Origin: an uncultured Spirochaetota bacterium
Lineage (GTDB): Bacteria; Spirochaetota; UBA4802; UBA5550
Direction: 5' to 3'
DNA length: 49,460 nt
Assembly (NCBI GenBank): GCA_963827275.1
Contig: CAWHAA010000003.1
Location: 1 to 49,460 of the forward strand
The position numbers and the translations under genes are program-made. Each line of letters starts with the position of its first letter. Position 1 is the stretch's first letter. A model generated the notes under the pieces. It was not told the DNA's origin, did no database searches, and worked only from the letters and a program-made list of their open reading frames with translations. Positions 28,149 to 38,963 of this stretch are shown here, piece after piece.

Positions 28149-29529
28149 TTGAAGAAAATTATCACATTCATGAGTCTGGTATTCGCGCTGATACTGGCCG
28201 GTTGCAGTAACTCGAGCGTAGATTACAGTGGAATACTGGGCCTGCTGTCATCCGGGCCGGTACTGTCCCCGTGGACCCGACTGCTCGGACACGCTTCTAA
28301 TAATACTCTCGGCTATGCTGTCGCGATGGATCCGGACGGTAATAGTTATGCGACCGGTGAAACAACCGGCCAGCTTGATCCTGATAGAACCGGCGGCATT
28401 CAAAATGATGTCTTTGTCGTCAAATACGACAAGGACGGAGTACAGCAATGGGTCAAACAAATGGGAGTGGAAGCATTACATACCTATGGCAGGGGTGTTG
28501 CCGCGGACGCAGACGGGAACAGCTATGTAACAGGCTATACAGACGCCAACCTTGTTGTCGGCAGCGGAAGCAGCACCGGTACCAATGATCTGTTTGTCGC
28601 TAAATATGATGCGTCAGGGACGAGGTTGTGGGTCAAACAGCTGGGAGTGGCAACCAAGAACACTCTCGGTTTTGGCATTGCCGTAGACACTGATGGGAAC
28701 AGCTATGCGACTGGTTATACCAGTGCCGATCTTGACGAAGGTGGTTCCGGGGTCCTTACCGGCATCCTTGATTTTTTTATTGTCAAATATGATACGAGCG
28801 GGAACAGGCAGTGGATTCAACAGCGTGGCGTGTCAGGCGTGGCAACCATTGCTACCGGCGTCGCGGTGGATTCTACCGGCTATTGCTTTGTGACAGGCCG
28901 TACCGAGGGCGATCTAGACCCGGGTGTAGGAACTCTCACCGGCACCACCGATGTTTTTGTCGCTAAATACACAACGTCAGGGAATTTGCACAAGGTGACA
29001 CAAATGGGAGTAGCAGGCAAGGAACACCTATGGCTGGGGCATTGCCGCTGATTCTAACGGCAACCACTATGTAACCGGTCAAACCGCCGGTGATCTCGAC
29101 GGCGCAGGACCCGGGACCCTCATTGGTAATGCTGATGTTTTTGTGATAAAATTCAATTCATCCGTTGAGATGCAATGGCTTAAACAAACGTCGGCCGCGG
29201 GGAAATATGCTGCTGGGAACGGAATAGCGCTTGATTCGGCAGGCAATTGTTATGCGACCGGGACCACCGCGGATCTCGACGGCGCCGGCCGGGAGTATTT
29301 ACGGGCGCTGTTAATATTTTTGTCATAGCATACGATAAAGACGGCACAAGCCTGTGGTCCAGGCAGATGGGCAGTGACATTGACAGCGACGACATGAGTG
29401 CGAACGGCATCGCGGTGACCAGGGGCGGCTCTTGCCTGGTCGCGGGATATGTAGATGAAGATTTTGACGGGCAGCGTTTTGCAGGGCCTGTGGGCTGACG
29501 CTTTCGTGACAACGATGCTGAACGAGTAA
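28149..29529 (+). CDS. SBBP-repeat beta-propeller lipoprotein, frameshifted several times after about 29020
   Basis: GGAGG RBS and TTG start; lipobox LAGC; repeated 'VA.D..GNSY.TG.T...D.FV.KY...G...W..Q' units continuing in other frames to DAFVTTMLNE*. Confidence 0.85.
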
Positions 29530-29595
29530 GTTGGAGCGGAAGCATGACTCCCCTCTGTGATCATCAATCGGAATCGTCGATTGATTCGGGCTATC

Positions 29596-29632
29596 TGTGT
29601 TCTTCCGCCGCCAAAGGCGGCGGAAGAACACA
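29596..29632. repeat. Perfect 17-bp inverted repeat (terminator or REP-like)
   Basis: tgtgttcttccgccgcc-aaa-ggcggcggaagaacaca. Confidence 0.7.
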
Positions 29633-29896
29633 CTGCTAAGTGTCAAATTTACAACAAGTCTATTAAGATGAACAGCTTTGTGGTGCTTTACACATTATAA
29701 CGCAGGGAACTGCGTCATAATGGGCGGCGGCATTATTGAGACAGCCGGCGGCATGACTATCGGTGACGTGTCATTGATACTCCCGATGGCAATTTTTTAA
29801 CAACAGGTTTCCGCATCGCGAAAGACCGCTGAAGCCCGGATTTTTTCCTATCGGCCCTCCGGAGCCATGCCTCCGAAGGGGCTCGATGGATTGTCT

Positions 29897-31156
29897 TTAT
29901 ATGTAATTCAACGCATCCAGCGGCTTGACCCTGGCCGCCATGAGCGCGGGATACAGCGCGGCGATGAAGGTCGTGATGAACACGATAACCGCGGCGGAGA
30001 GGATGTCACGCGTCGAAAGCAACGGGTAGATCACGCTCCCGGTGCCCCACTTGCGCATGGACTCGAGCGCAAAGGAGAAGTCCATGCCCGTATGGCCAAG
30101 GACCAGCACGACCGGAACGCTGACCAGTATGCCGAGTACCAGGCCGAGCAGGCCCAGGCTCATGGCCTCGTTCATGACGATGAAGAAGACGCGGGAGGGC
30201 CGCGTGCCGATGCTCTTCATCACGCCCAGCTCGTGGAACCGCTCGATGATCGACATGATCAGCGTGTTCGCGATCGAGAAGATGACCGTGATGAACACGA
30301 TCATGAAGATGACGAACATCATGGTCTCCTGGAGCGTGATCGCGTCCACGAGCTCGGGCGCCATCTCCTTCCAGGTCTGCACTTCGAGCGCGGGGTCGTG
30401 TATCGCCGCGGACAGGCGCCGGCCGGTGGCTTCCACCGCGTTCAGGTCCCGCGTGCTCATGATAATCTCGGACACCGCCGGACCCAGCCCGGACAGCGCG
30501 CGGAGCCTGTCGATCCCCACGAACACCACGCCGCGGTCGAACCCGCCCATCGGCGTCTCGAAGAAGCCGGCGACGCGAAGGCCCGCGCCCACGACCTCGT
30601 TGCCGGTGTCCTGGAACATCAGGACCACACGATCGTCAAGGTACACGTCGAGCTTCGCGGCCAGCGACTTCGAGATGAGCAGCTCGTCCGAGGACGGGCC
30701 GGAGAGAAAGCGGCCCTCCTTTTTCAGAGTATAGTCGAATAGTTTCGACACGCCCTTTTCCCGCGCCGGGTCTATGCCCTGGATCAGCACGCCCCGCGAG
30801 CCCTCGCCGGACCGTATCATGCCCTTGATGGTGACGCGCGGCGCCCATGCGGTGAGCGAGCCCTCGCGGTCCAGGGCCGCGTACACCTCCGGCCCCGGGA
30901 CGAAGCTCTTCTCGAGCTTGATGTTGTTCCTGAATCCTTTCCGGTGCAGGGCGACGTGCCCCAGCGCGGTGTTGATGGTGTTGTCCACCATCTGCCGGGT
31001 CAGGCCGTTCATGAACCCGGTCAGCATGATCATGGCCGAGATGCCGATGGCAATGGATGAGATGACCACGAGGGAGCGGCGCTTCTGCCGCCACATGTTG
31101 CGCCACCCGATGATGAGGAAGGGCGCGAGGCCCGATATCCGTTCCGGGAGCTTCAT
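29897..31156 (-). CDS. ABC transporter permease, FtsX/LolE/MacB type
   Basis: 'WRNMWRQKRRSL', 'NTLIMSIIERFHELGVMKSIG', 'YPALMAARVKPLDAL'. Confidence 0.92.
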   Translation of the reverse strand: MKLPERISGLAPFLIIGWRNMWRQKRRSLVVISSIAIGISAMIMLTGFMNGLTRQMVDNTINTALGHVALHRKGFRNNIKLEKSFVPGPEVYAALDREGSLTAWAPRVTIKGMIRSGEGSRGVLIQGIDPAREKGVSKLFDYTLKKEGRFLSGPSSDELLISKSLAAKLDVYLDDRVVLMFQDTGNEVVGAGLRVAGFFETPMGGFDRGVVFVGIDRLRALSGLGPAVSEIIMSTRDLNAVEATGRRLSAAIHDPALEVQTWKEMAPELVDAITLQETMMFVIFMIVFITVIFSIANTLIMSIIERFHELGVMKSIGTRPSRVFFIVMNEAMSLGLLGLVLGILVSVPVVLVLGHTGMDFSFALESMRKWGTGSVIYPLLSTRDILSAAVIVFITTFIAALYPALMAARVKPLDALNYI

Positions 31157-31163
31157 GATGCCC

Positions 31164-32412
31164 TCACAGTTTCCGTATCGCTTCGATCGGCCTGAGCCGC
31201 GACGCGTACCGGGCCGGGAACATGGTAAACAGGACGCAGACGGCCAGCATGACGCAGGACGTTATCAAAATGTTCGACGCATCGAGCCGGGCGGGGAAGG
31301 TGGTTATGGACACGCCCCATACCTTCATCTGGCCAGCGAAGCCGGAATAGTCGAGCGGGTGGTACGTGAAATAGAGCGCGAGCGCGCTTCCCAGCAGGGA
31401 CCCGAGGAGCACGCCCAGGAGCGCGATCATGAAGGACTCGGCCACCACCATGCGGCGGATCTTCTCCGGCCTGGTGCCGATGGCCATCATGATCCCGAAC
31501 TCTCGGACCCGCTCGTACACCGACATCTGGATCGTGTTCATGACGCCGAACGCCACGATGGTGAAGAGTATGAACTCGAAGATGTAGGTGCCGAAATGCT
31601 TCATGTCTATGAACTGGACCATGTCCGGCATGAGCTCGTCCCAGCCCATGATCTCGAGTTTCTTCGTTCCGAGGGAGCGCCGGAGACGGTCCCGCGTCTC
31701 CTCCATGGTCATGCCGTCTTTCAGCCTGATCGCGACCGCATGGACGTAGCCCATCATGGTGAAGGTCTCCATCGCCTGCGCGAGCGGCATGATGACCAGG
31801 TTGTTGTCGTATTCCGAGTTCCGCGTGCGGAACAGGCCCACCACCGTGAGGTTAGCGGCGGCGACCGATCCGTCGAAGCCCTGCGAGATCATCGAGATCG
31901 AGTCGCCGACCTTCACGCCGAGGTTCCCGGCCAGGACCTCTCCCATCACGATGTTCGTCAGGTCGTCCGTTCGCAGGTAGCGCCCGCCGGGCAGGACGTG
32001 GGTGTGCAGGTCGGTGACCGTCCGCTCGCGGTCCGGGTCCACGGCCTGTATGATCGCGCCTTCGGTGGTGTTTCCGCTGGCGACAAAGCCCGCTGCATTG
32101 ACACTCATGCTGTACGCTGCGATGGTATTCGTGGAACGGAGCGCCTGCTTCCAGCGGGGTGTCCGGAAGGAGCGCGTAGTCGATGCTCATGTTTTCCCGG
32201 TAGCCCTTTTCATGGACCTGGATGTGCCCGGTGTTGGCCGCGACCGCGTCCTCGACCATCTTGCCGAACGCGCCCTTCTGCACCGCTTTCATGAATATGA
32301 TCATCATGCATCCCACCATGATGGTCAGGAGGGTGAGGATGGTCCGCCGCTTGTTCTTCCAGACGTTCCGCCAGCCGAGGCTTATTTCCAGGAAGGGCAT
32401 ATTCAGTTTCAT
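31164..32412 (-). CDS. ABC transporter permease, FtsX/LolE/MacB type, frameshifted near 32110-32150
   Basis: 'WRNVWKNKRRTIL' in ORF 31852-32412; 'NTIQMSVYERVREFGIMMAIG' and 'PIEAIR' in ORF 31164-32108. Confidence 0.88.
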
Positions 32413-32504
32413 CGTCTCTACTCTTGCAGCATGCCGGCGCGTATGTCAAGGCGTTTACCGGCGCATCACCGGATACACCATGCGAAAATTAACCCTTCTT
32501 TGGC

Positions 32505-32533
32505 TTGACGTCAGAGCATATATTCAGTATTGT
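32505..32533 (+). promoter_or_regulatory. Sigma70-type promoter of the thi operon
   Basis: TTGACG-N17-TATTGT just upstream of the TPP aptamer. Confidence 0.6.
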
Positions 32534-32539
32534 TGTAAT

Positions 32540-32621
32540 GCCGTGGGGTGGTTCCGGAACGGAGCCTGAGATTACACCCGTTGAACCTGATCTGGGTAAT
32601 GCCAGCGAAGGGATCCGAGGC
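32540..32621 (+). ncRNA. TPP riboswitch (THI element)
   Basis: GGGGTG..CTGAGA..ACCCGTTGAACCTGATCTGGGTAATGCCAGCGAAGG upstream of thiM. Confidence 0.95.
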
Positions 32622-32676
32622 GCATAATCCCACCATCCACAAAAGAAGCCATCCCCGTAAGGCACGGTTTTTTGTT

Positions 32677-32771
32677 ATATTCCCCTCCCTTGACGGGAGG
32701 GGGAAGGGGAGGGTGTTTTGTCCGAGATCACCCCCGCACCGGCCCTCCCCCATCAAGAGGCAGGGAAATAT
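32677..32771. repeat. Short palindromic REP/MITE-like element in the thi leader
   Basis: atattcccctcccttgacgggagggg..gggtg / cacccc..ccctcccccatcaagaggcagggaaatat: imperfect inverted arms. Confidence 0.55.
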
Positions 32772-32796
32772 TCTGATAAATGAGGAATTACCGTTT

Positions 32797-33583
32797 ATGG
32801 ATGCAGCTTCATATTTAAAAGAAGTACGCGAGAAACAGCCGCTGGTGCATCATCTCACCAACTGGGTCACCATATACGAGTGCGCGCAGGTCGTGAAATC
32901 CTTCGGCGCCTCGCCGGTGATGGCGCACCGATCGACGAGGTCGCGGATATGGCAGGTATCGCGTCCGCGCTGGTGCTGAACATCGGCACCCTTACCGCGG
33001 AGTTTGTCGAGAGCATGAAGACTGCGGCTCTGGCCGCCAATAAGAAGGGTATCCCCGTGATACTGGACGTGTGCGGCGCGGGAGCGACGCCGTTCAGGGA
33101 CAGGAAGTGCTTTGAGCTGCTCGATGAGACGAGCATAGGCGTCATTAAAGGGAACAGCTCGGAGATCGCACGGATCGCGGGCTTGGACGTGTGCACGAGG
33201 GGCGTTGACGCGGCCGAGGTGGAAGAGAGCCTCCGCGACATAGCCTCGTCCCTGGCGAGACAGAGGGGCTGCATCGTGGTGATAACCGGCAAGGAGGACA
33301 TCGTTGCAGGACCGGACGGGTTATATAGTGAACAACGGGGAGGACATGATGTCCCACGTGGTGGGCACCGGGTGCATGGCCGCGTCCGTGATCGGCACCT
33401 TCGTGGGAGCGGCGCCGGACCGACTGACATAGGCCGCGGCCGCAGGGCTCTCCTGCTACGAGATAGCGGCGGAGCTTGCCGCGGAGGAAGGCGTCGGGCC
33501 CGGGACCTTCAAGCCTGCCTCTTCGACTGGATTATCGCCTCACGGGAGGCGAGGCCGCCTCCCGGCAGAAGGTGTCGGCATGA
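32797..33583 (+). CDS. thiM: Hydroxyethylthiazole kinase (frameshifted in this sequence)
   Basis: '[11 protein letters not shown]', 'GASPVMAH', 'LVLNIGTL', 'IKGNSSEI', 'VVGTGCM' across frames; TGA overlaps the thiE ATG. Confidence 0.9.
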
Positions 33584-34189
33584 GGGGATATTACTTTATT
33601 ACGGACGACGGCCTCACCGCCGCCGGCGTGAAGAGCGACGTGCGACAGGCGGTGGCCGCCGGCGCGCGGATCATACAGTACCGGAACAAGACCGCGGACA
33701 CGCGCCGCCTGTACGAGGAGGCGCGGGCGATCCGCGGGCTCTGCCCGGGACGCGTTCCAGGCTCATTATCAACGACCGGATCGACATCGCGCTCGCTGTC
33801 CGCGCGGACGGCGCGCACATCGGGAAGGAGGACCTTCCCTACGCGGAGTCGCGCCGCCTGCTCGGGAGCGACACGATCATCGGGGTCACGGTCCACGACG
33901 TGGAGGAGGCGGTCGCGGCGGAGAAGGCGGGCGCCGATTACCTGGGCGTGAGCCCCATGTTCGCGACCGGCACCAAGTTGGACGCGGGCGCGCCCTGCGG
34001 ACGGGAACGCTCGCGGCGATACGGCGCTCCTGCCGCGTGCCGGTGGTCGCCATCGGAGGGATCGACGTATCGAATACGGACGAGTGCATTGCGGCGGGAG
34101 CGGACATGGTCTGCGCCATCTCGGCCGTTGTAACGCGGCCGGACGTGGCAGCGGAAATAATAAAGTTTCAAAGGAAGTACGGCTTATGA
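33580..34189 (+). CDS. thiE: Thiamine-phosphate synthase (frameshifted in this sequence)
   Basis: 'YFITD', 'IIQYRNK', 'IINDRIDIA', 'GAHIGKEDL', 'DYLGVSPMFATGTK', 'VVAIGGI' across frames. Confidence 0.9.
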
Positions 34190-35459
34190 CACAGCTCGAA
34201 CAGGCGAAGAAAAACGTAATCACCCCGGAGATGCGCTCCGTTGCGGAGCGCGAGCCCCTCCCGGCCGAAGAGATCCGCGCCGATATCGCGGCGGGGAGGA
34301 CCGTGATACTCAAGAGCGGGCTCCACGACTGCGCTCCCGTGGGTATCGGCAGGGGGCTCTTGATCAAGGTCAACGCCAACATCGGGACCTCCATGTTCAA
34401 CGACGACCCGGCCAAGGAACTCGAGAAGCTCGCGGTGACCGTGCGCTACGGCGCGGACACGGTCATGGACCTGTCCACGGGCGGCGACATACACGCCATG
34501 CGGCGGACCCTCCTGAAGGAGTCGAAGATACCTGTCGGCACCGTGCCCGTGTACGAGGCGATAGTGCGCTGCCCTGACGTGGCCGGCCTGTCGGAGGACG
34601 ACTTCCTCGATTCGATCCGCACGCACATACAAGACGGGGTGGACTTCATCACCGTGCACTGCGGCGTGACCCGGACGTGCGTTCCCCTGCTGGAAAAGCG
34701 CATCATGGGCGTGGTCTCCCGGGGCGGGAGCTTTCTCATCAAGTGGATGCTCCATCACGACAGGGAGAACCCGCTCTTCACCCGTTACGACGAGATCCTG
34801 GACATGGCGCGGGAGCACGACGTGTGCCTGAGCCTCGGCGACGGGCTGCGGCCCGGCTGCCTGGCCGACGCCACGGACGCGGCGCAGATCGCGGAGCTGA
34901 AGACCCTGGGCGAGCTGGCCGCGCGGGCGCGCAAGCGGGGCGTGCAGGTCATGATCGAGGGCCCGGGCCACGTGCCGCTCCACATGATCAAGGAGAACAT
35001 CGAGCTGCAGAAGAAATACTGCGACGGCGCACCCTTCTACGTGCTGGGCCCGCTCGTGACCGACTGCTCGCCCGGGCTACGACCACCTCACCGGCGCCAT
35101 CGGCGGGGCGCTGGCGGCGTATGTACGGCGCAGACTTCCTCTGCTACCTCACGCCCACGGAGCACCTGGGGCTCCCGGAGCTGCAGGACGTGATCGACGG
35201 GGTGATCGCATCGAAGATCGCTGCGCACGCAGCGGATATCGCACGGGGCATACCGGGCGCGCGGGACCGCGACGACGCCATGTCACGGGCACGGAGCAAC
35301 CTGGACTGGGAGGGCATGTACAACATCTCCATGAACCCGGAAAAGGCGCGCGCCATCAGGAAGGAGACCGGCAAGGACGGCGAGGACGTCTGCACCATGT
35401 GCGGCGACTTCTGCTCGGCGAAGATCAACAAGGAATGCAGGAGGCAGTACCACAAATGA
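34186..35459 (+). CDS. thiC: Phosphomethylpyrimidine synthase (frameshifted near 35075-35120)
   Basis: 'KVNANIGTS', '[12 protein letters not shown]', 'SLGDGLRPG', 'MIEGPGHVP', 'CTMCGDFC'. Confidence 0.95.
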
Positions 35460-36419
35460 AGATAGCGGATATCGGCGGCGAGTTCGCATTGATCAGGCGG
35501 GTGACAGGCCCTCCGGCGGGTGATCCGGCCATTATCAAGGGTGTGGGAGATGATTGCGCGGTGCTGGAATAACGGCTGAGCGACTACCTCCTGGTTACGG
35601 TGGACATGATGGTGGAAAACACCACTTCTCCCTGACTGGTACACGCCCTACCAGGTGGGCAAAAAGCTCATGGAGTCGAATGTGTCGGACATCATTGCCA
35701 TGGGCGGGACACCGCGCTGGGCCTTTATATCGCTGTCACTGACACGGCCAACACGATGTGGAGTTCATGGATGAATTTTATCGCGGCCTGTACGATTCCG
35801 CGGCGAAACACGGTGTTGCCCTTGTGGGCGGCGACACCACCCACGGCCGTGACCTGGTGATCAACCTGGCGCTTGTGGGCGATGTGGATAAGGATCTTGT
35901 ACGCCTGCGTTCCGATGCCGTCCCGGGCGACCTCATCTGCGTGACCGGCACCCTGGGCAAGAGCCAGGCAGGTCTCAGACTCCTCCTCGCGGGGAAGCGG
36001 GACGGCTACCTGAACGGGTACCTGGAACCGCAATGCCGGCTGGAATGGGAAGGCAACGCCATTGCGGCCCAGGCCCATGCCATGATCGACGTGAGCGACG
36101 GGCTGGGAAGCGAGGTGACCCATATCTGCGAGGAGAGCGGTACCGGGGCGCGCATCGACTGGGAGAAGATCCCCCTTTCGCAGGAGACCCTGGAGGCTGC
36201 GAACGATGTCGCGGCGATCCCCATGAATACGCCCTGTACGGCGGCGAGGACTTTGAGCTGGTGTTCACTCTCGCGCCGGACAGGCTCGACGCGCTGAAAA
36301 GCGAGTTTAACGACTTCACGGTTGTGGGCGAAGTCCTCGAAAAGAAGCAGGGGATCTTCTTGCTGCACGGGGGCCGGCAAATGGACATGAAGGGCGGGTT
36401 TGACCACTTTTCCGGTTAG
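35456..36419 (+). CDS. thiL: Thiamine-monophosphate kinase (several indels)
   Basis: 'GGEFALI', 'GVGDDCAV', '[10 protein letters not shown]', 'LVGGDT', 'MIDVSDGL', 'GGEDFEL', 'GGFDHF'. Confidence 0.9.
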
Positions 36420-36596
36420 AGATAGTTCGCGCTACTCGACACCATCTGAAAAATCATGCAAATACGGACTCGCGCGGAACCTGCAATAAAAGCGCGCCAT
36501 GCAAAAAAATATACTCTTCGATAATACCTTGACATGGAACGGGGGTATTGAAAAAAAGAGGATAACTTATTTTAAGGCAGATGACCGGTTTGGTCC

Positions 36597-37457
36597 ATGA
36601 AGAAGTATAACGCAATCACGAGTTTTTTCGTCAGCAGGTTTGATTTCATCGTACGCTTTGTTTACTGCAAGTTGAGGCTGTTCAGGCTTGTCAGCAGGTT
36701 CATGCCGAGGGTATACAGCAGCGATTACCGGTCGCTTGACGGCTACTTCAAGATAATCAGCGCCCAGGTGGAGAAGCATGGATTTACCATCAAGGGCAAG
36801 TCAGTGCTCGAGATCGGCCCCGGGAACTCTTTCATCAACGCATACAACTTCCTCCACGCCGGCGCGCGGATCGTGACGCTCATCGACAAGTACCCGCGCC
36901 ATTGCGATTCAAGCGCCCAGCGCGCATACATACGGAGCGAGATCGACTTTTTTAAGATACGCTTCAACATTGACCGCTTCGAATACGTTGACGGCGAATC
37001 GTGCATGCCGGACCCGAAATATATACGGTTTATTGCCGGCGACATCGGCGAGATCGATTTCGACGAGCGGGTGGACTTCATCTATTCAATCGCCGTTCTC
37101 CACCATGTCAGGGACCTGTCCCGTTACATACGCAGGATGAGCGACATTCTCGCCAGCGGCGGCCTGGTCTTCCATGTCATCGACCTCAAGGACAAGTTCC
37201 ATTTTTTCGGCAACCCGTTCCTCTTCTACAAGTACTCCGATTTCACCTGGGACCGCCTGCTGACCGAGGACTCCATGACCTATACGAACCGGGTCCGCTA
37301 CCGGGAGTATATCGACCTGTTCGCCGCGAACGGTTTCGAGCTGGTCTGGCAGGTCGTGCGCGAATACGAGGTGCCGGACTTCAGGCTCGCGCCGCGGTTC
37401 ACGGGAAGGGACGATCTCCACATCGGCGACGCGCAGCTGCTATTCAGGAAGAAATGA
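36597..37457 (+). CDS. Class I SAM-dependent methyltransferase
   Basis: 'VLEIGPG', 'VDFIYSIAVLHHV', 'LASGG..HVIDLKD'. Confidence 0.85.
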   Translation: MKKYNAITSFFVSRFDFIVRFVYCKLRLFRLVSRFMPRVYSSDYRSLDGYFKIISAQVEKHGFTIKGKSVLEIGPGNSFINAYNFLHAGARIVTLIDKYPRHCDSSAQRAYIRSEIDFFKIRFNIDRFEYVDGESCMPDPKYIRFIAGDIGEIDFDERVDFIYSIAVLHHVRDLSRYIRRMSDILASGGLVFHVIDLKDKFHFFGNPFLFYKYSDFTWDRLLTEDSMTYTNRVRYREYIDLFAANGFELVWQVVREYEVPDFRLAPRFTGRDDLHIGDAQLLFRKK

Positions 37458-37530
37458 CCCGCCACCGGACATGAAGATAGGCGCGGTAGCAGGACCGCGC
37501 CTTTCTGGATCTCCGTCATCAGTACAATCG

Positions 37531-38682
37531 TTATCTTGCGATATGGAACGAATCCAGTATCGTGCCGTCCGGCGCCACCGCCTCGCAGAAGAGCTCGTCC
37601 CCGCGTACTTCGAATTTGCAGTAGTGATATGATTTGACCGCAAACACGACGTTCGGCTCGCCTGTCTTCGGCGAGTAGAGCGGCGCGCCGCCTCCCGCGA
37701 TGGTCAGGTGCGTGACGCCGCCCGTCTCCGCCCGCGCGTAATAATGGTTATGGCCGGCAATGACCAGCGAGACGCCGTACCTGACGCAGAGAGGCTGTAT
37801 GTAGTTCTGCACGCCCGCGTTGTTCTCGTGCCCCTGGAACAGATCGGAGCTCGCGCATGACCAGCCCGGTTCGTGCAGGGCGATGATCTTCCAGGTCTTT
37901 CTCGACTTTGCCAGGTCCTGCTCGATCCAGGCGTACTGGGCGCTGCCGGGAGAGTACGAGGCGTACTGGTCCACGACGGTCACGTGGATGGGGCCGTAGT
38001 CGTATGACCAGTAACGGTCCGCAACATAAGGGAACGCGAAATACTTCTTGAAGGTCTTCCCGTCGTATTCATGGTTGCCCATGGGCGGCGTGAACGGCAC
38101 CGAGGCGAGGAAGGCCCGGGCGTTGGCAAGGCTCCTGTTGAAGAATTCCCTGTTCCAGGTCGCTTCGAGGCCGTCAAACGCTATGTCTCCAACGCCGATT
38201 GCGATGGTCTGAAAAGTGGTCTTCGGGTCATCCGTGAAGTTGCCGATCACGCCCGCGCACACCCGGTCGTGCGTGGCGGTTGCGGAGCGGGTGTCGCCGA
38301 ATGCAAGGAAGTTGACGTCAACTGCGTCCGCGGCCGGCGCCGTGTAGAACGAGCCGGTACGGGTCAGGCCGCCGCCCATGGCACGGTAGTAATACTTCGT
38401 GCCGGGCTGGAGGCCGGTGATCGTGTGCGAGTGAATATGCTGGTTCAGCGAGCAGCTGTTCTCGGCGGTCGTCACTTTCCCCATCGTGTAGGCCCCTTCC
38501 CGCGCGCCCCATTCGAGCGTGCAGGTGCTTGTTGACGTCATCTGCCACATGATCTTCATCGCCGTGTTGCTTCCCGTGTAGATGAGATAGGGGTTCTTCC
38601 CGCCGGAATCGTCGCACGCGGAGGCGAGAAAAACTGCGGAAACAATGAATGAGAGTAGCCGGAGCTTCCTGGCTTTTAACAT
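37531..38682 (-). CDS. Purple-acid-phosphatase-type metallophosphoesterase lipoprotein (FN3 + metallophos)
   Basis: Lipobox LASAC; 'LQPGTKYYYR'; FGDTR, GDI, GNHE, LHEP, GHNH. Confidence 0.9.
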   Translation of the reverse strand: MLKARKLRLLSFIVSAVFLASACDDSGGKNPYLIYTGSNTAMKIMWQMTSTSTCTLEWGAREGAYTMGKVTTAENSCSLNQHIHSHTITGLQPGTKYYYRAMGGGLTRTGSFYTAPAADAVDVNFLAFGDTRSATATHDRVCAGVIGNFTDDPKTTFQTIAIGVGDIAFDGLEATWNREFFNRSLANARAFLASVPFTPPMGNHEYDGKTFKKYFAFPYVADRYWSYDYGPIHVTVVDQYASYSPGSAQYAWIEQDLAKSRKTWKIIALHEPGWSCASSDLFQGHENNAGVQNYIQPLCVRYGVSLVIAGHNHYYARAETGGVTHLTIAGGGAPLYSPKTGEPNVVFAVKSYHYCKFEVRGDELFCEAVAPDGTILDSFHIAR

Positions 38683-38963
38683 GATATACTCCCTGATGAT
38701 AAGGCGGTTAAATAGCGAGACCGGGGGCACGTTCTCATGGGTGCACCTCGTACGGGTTTAATCCGTTCCGCCCGCTGCCGGATTACCGTATAAAAAGTGA
38801 TTCTTGTAAAGAACATTTCGGGATGGAGACCTTCCTGCCGGGCCACGGGCGGCGTACTGCCGGTCCTGCCGAACCGGCGGAAATATTAAATGAATTATTA
38901 CTTGACGGAATAGCAGGTCATGTTATATGCAAGTAATTCATTAATTTCAGATAAATAAGAGAC

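Noticed and set aside
32797..36419. Programmed ribosomal frameshifting or phase variation in the thi genes
   Set aside because: Multiple breaks per gene, no slippery heptamers or long homopolymers at the sites, and similar breaks in unrelated genes.
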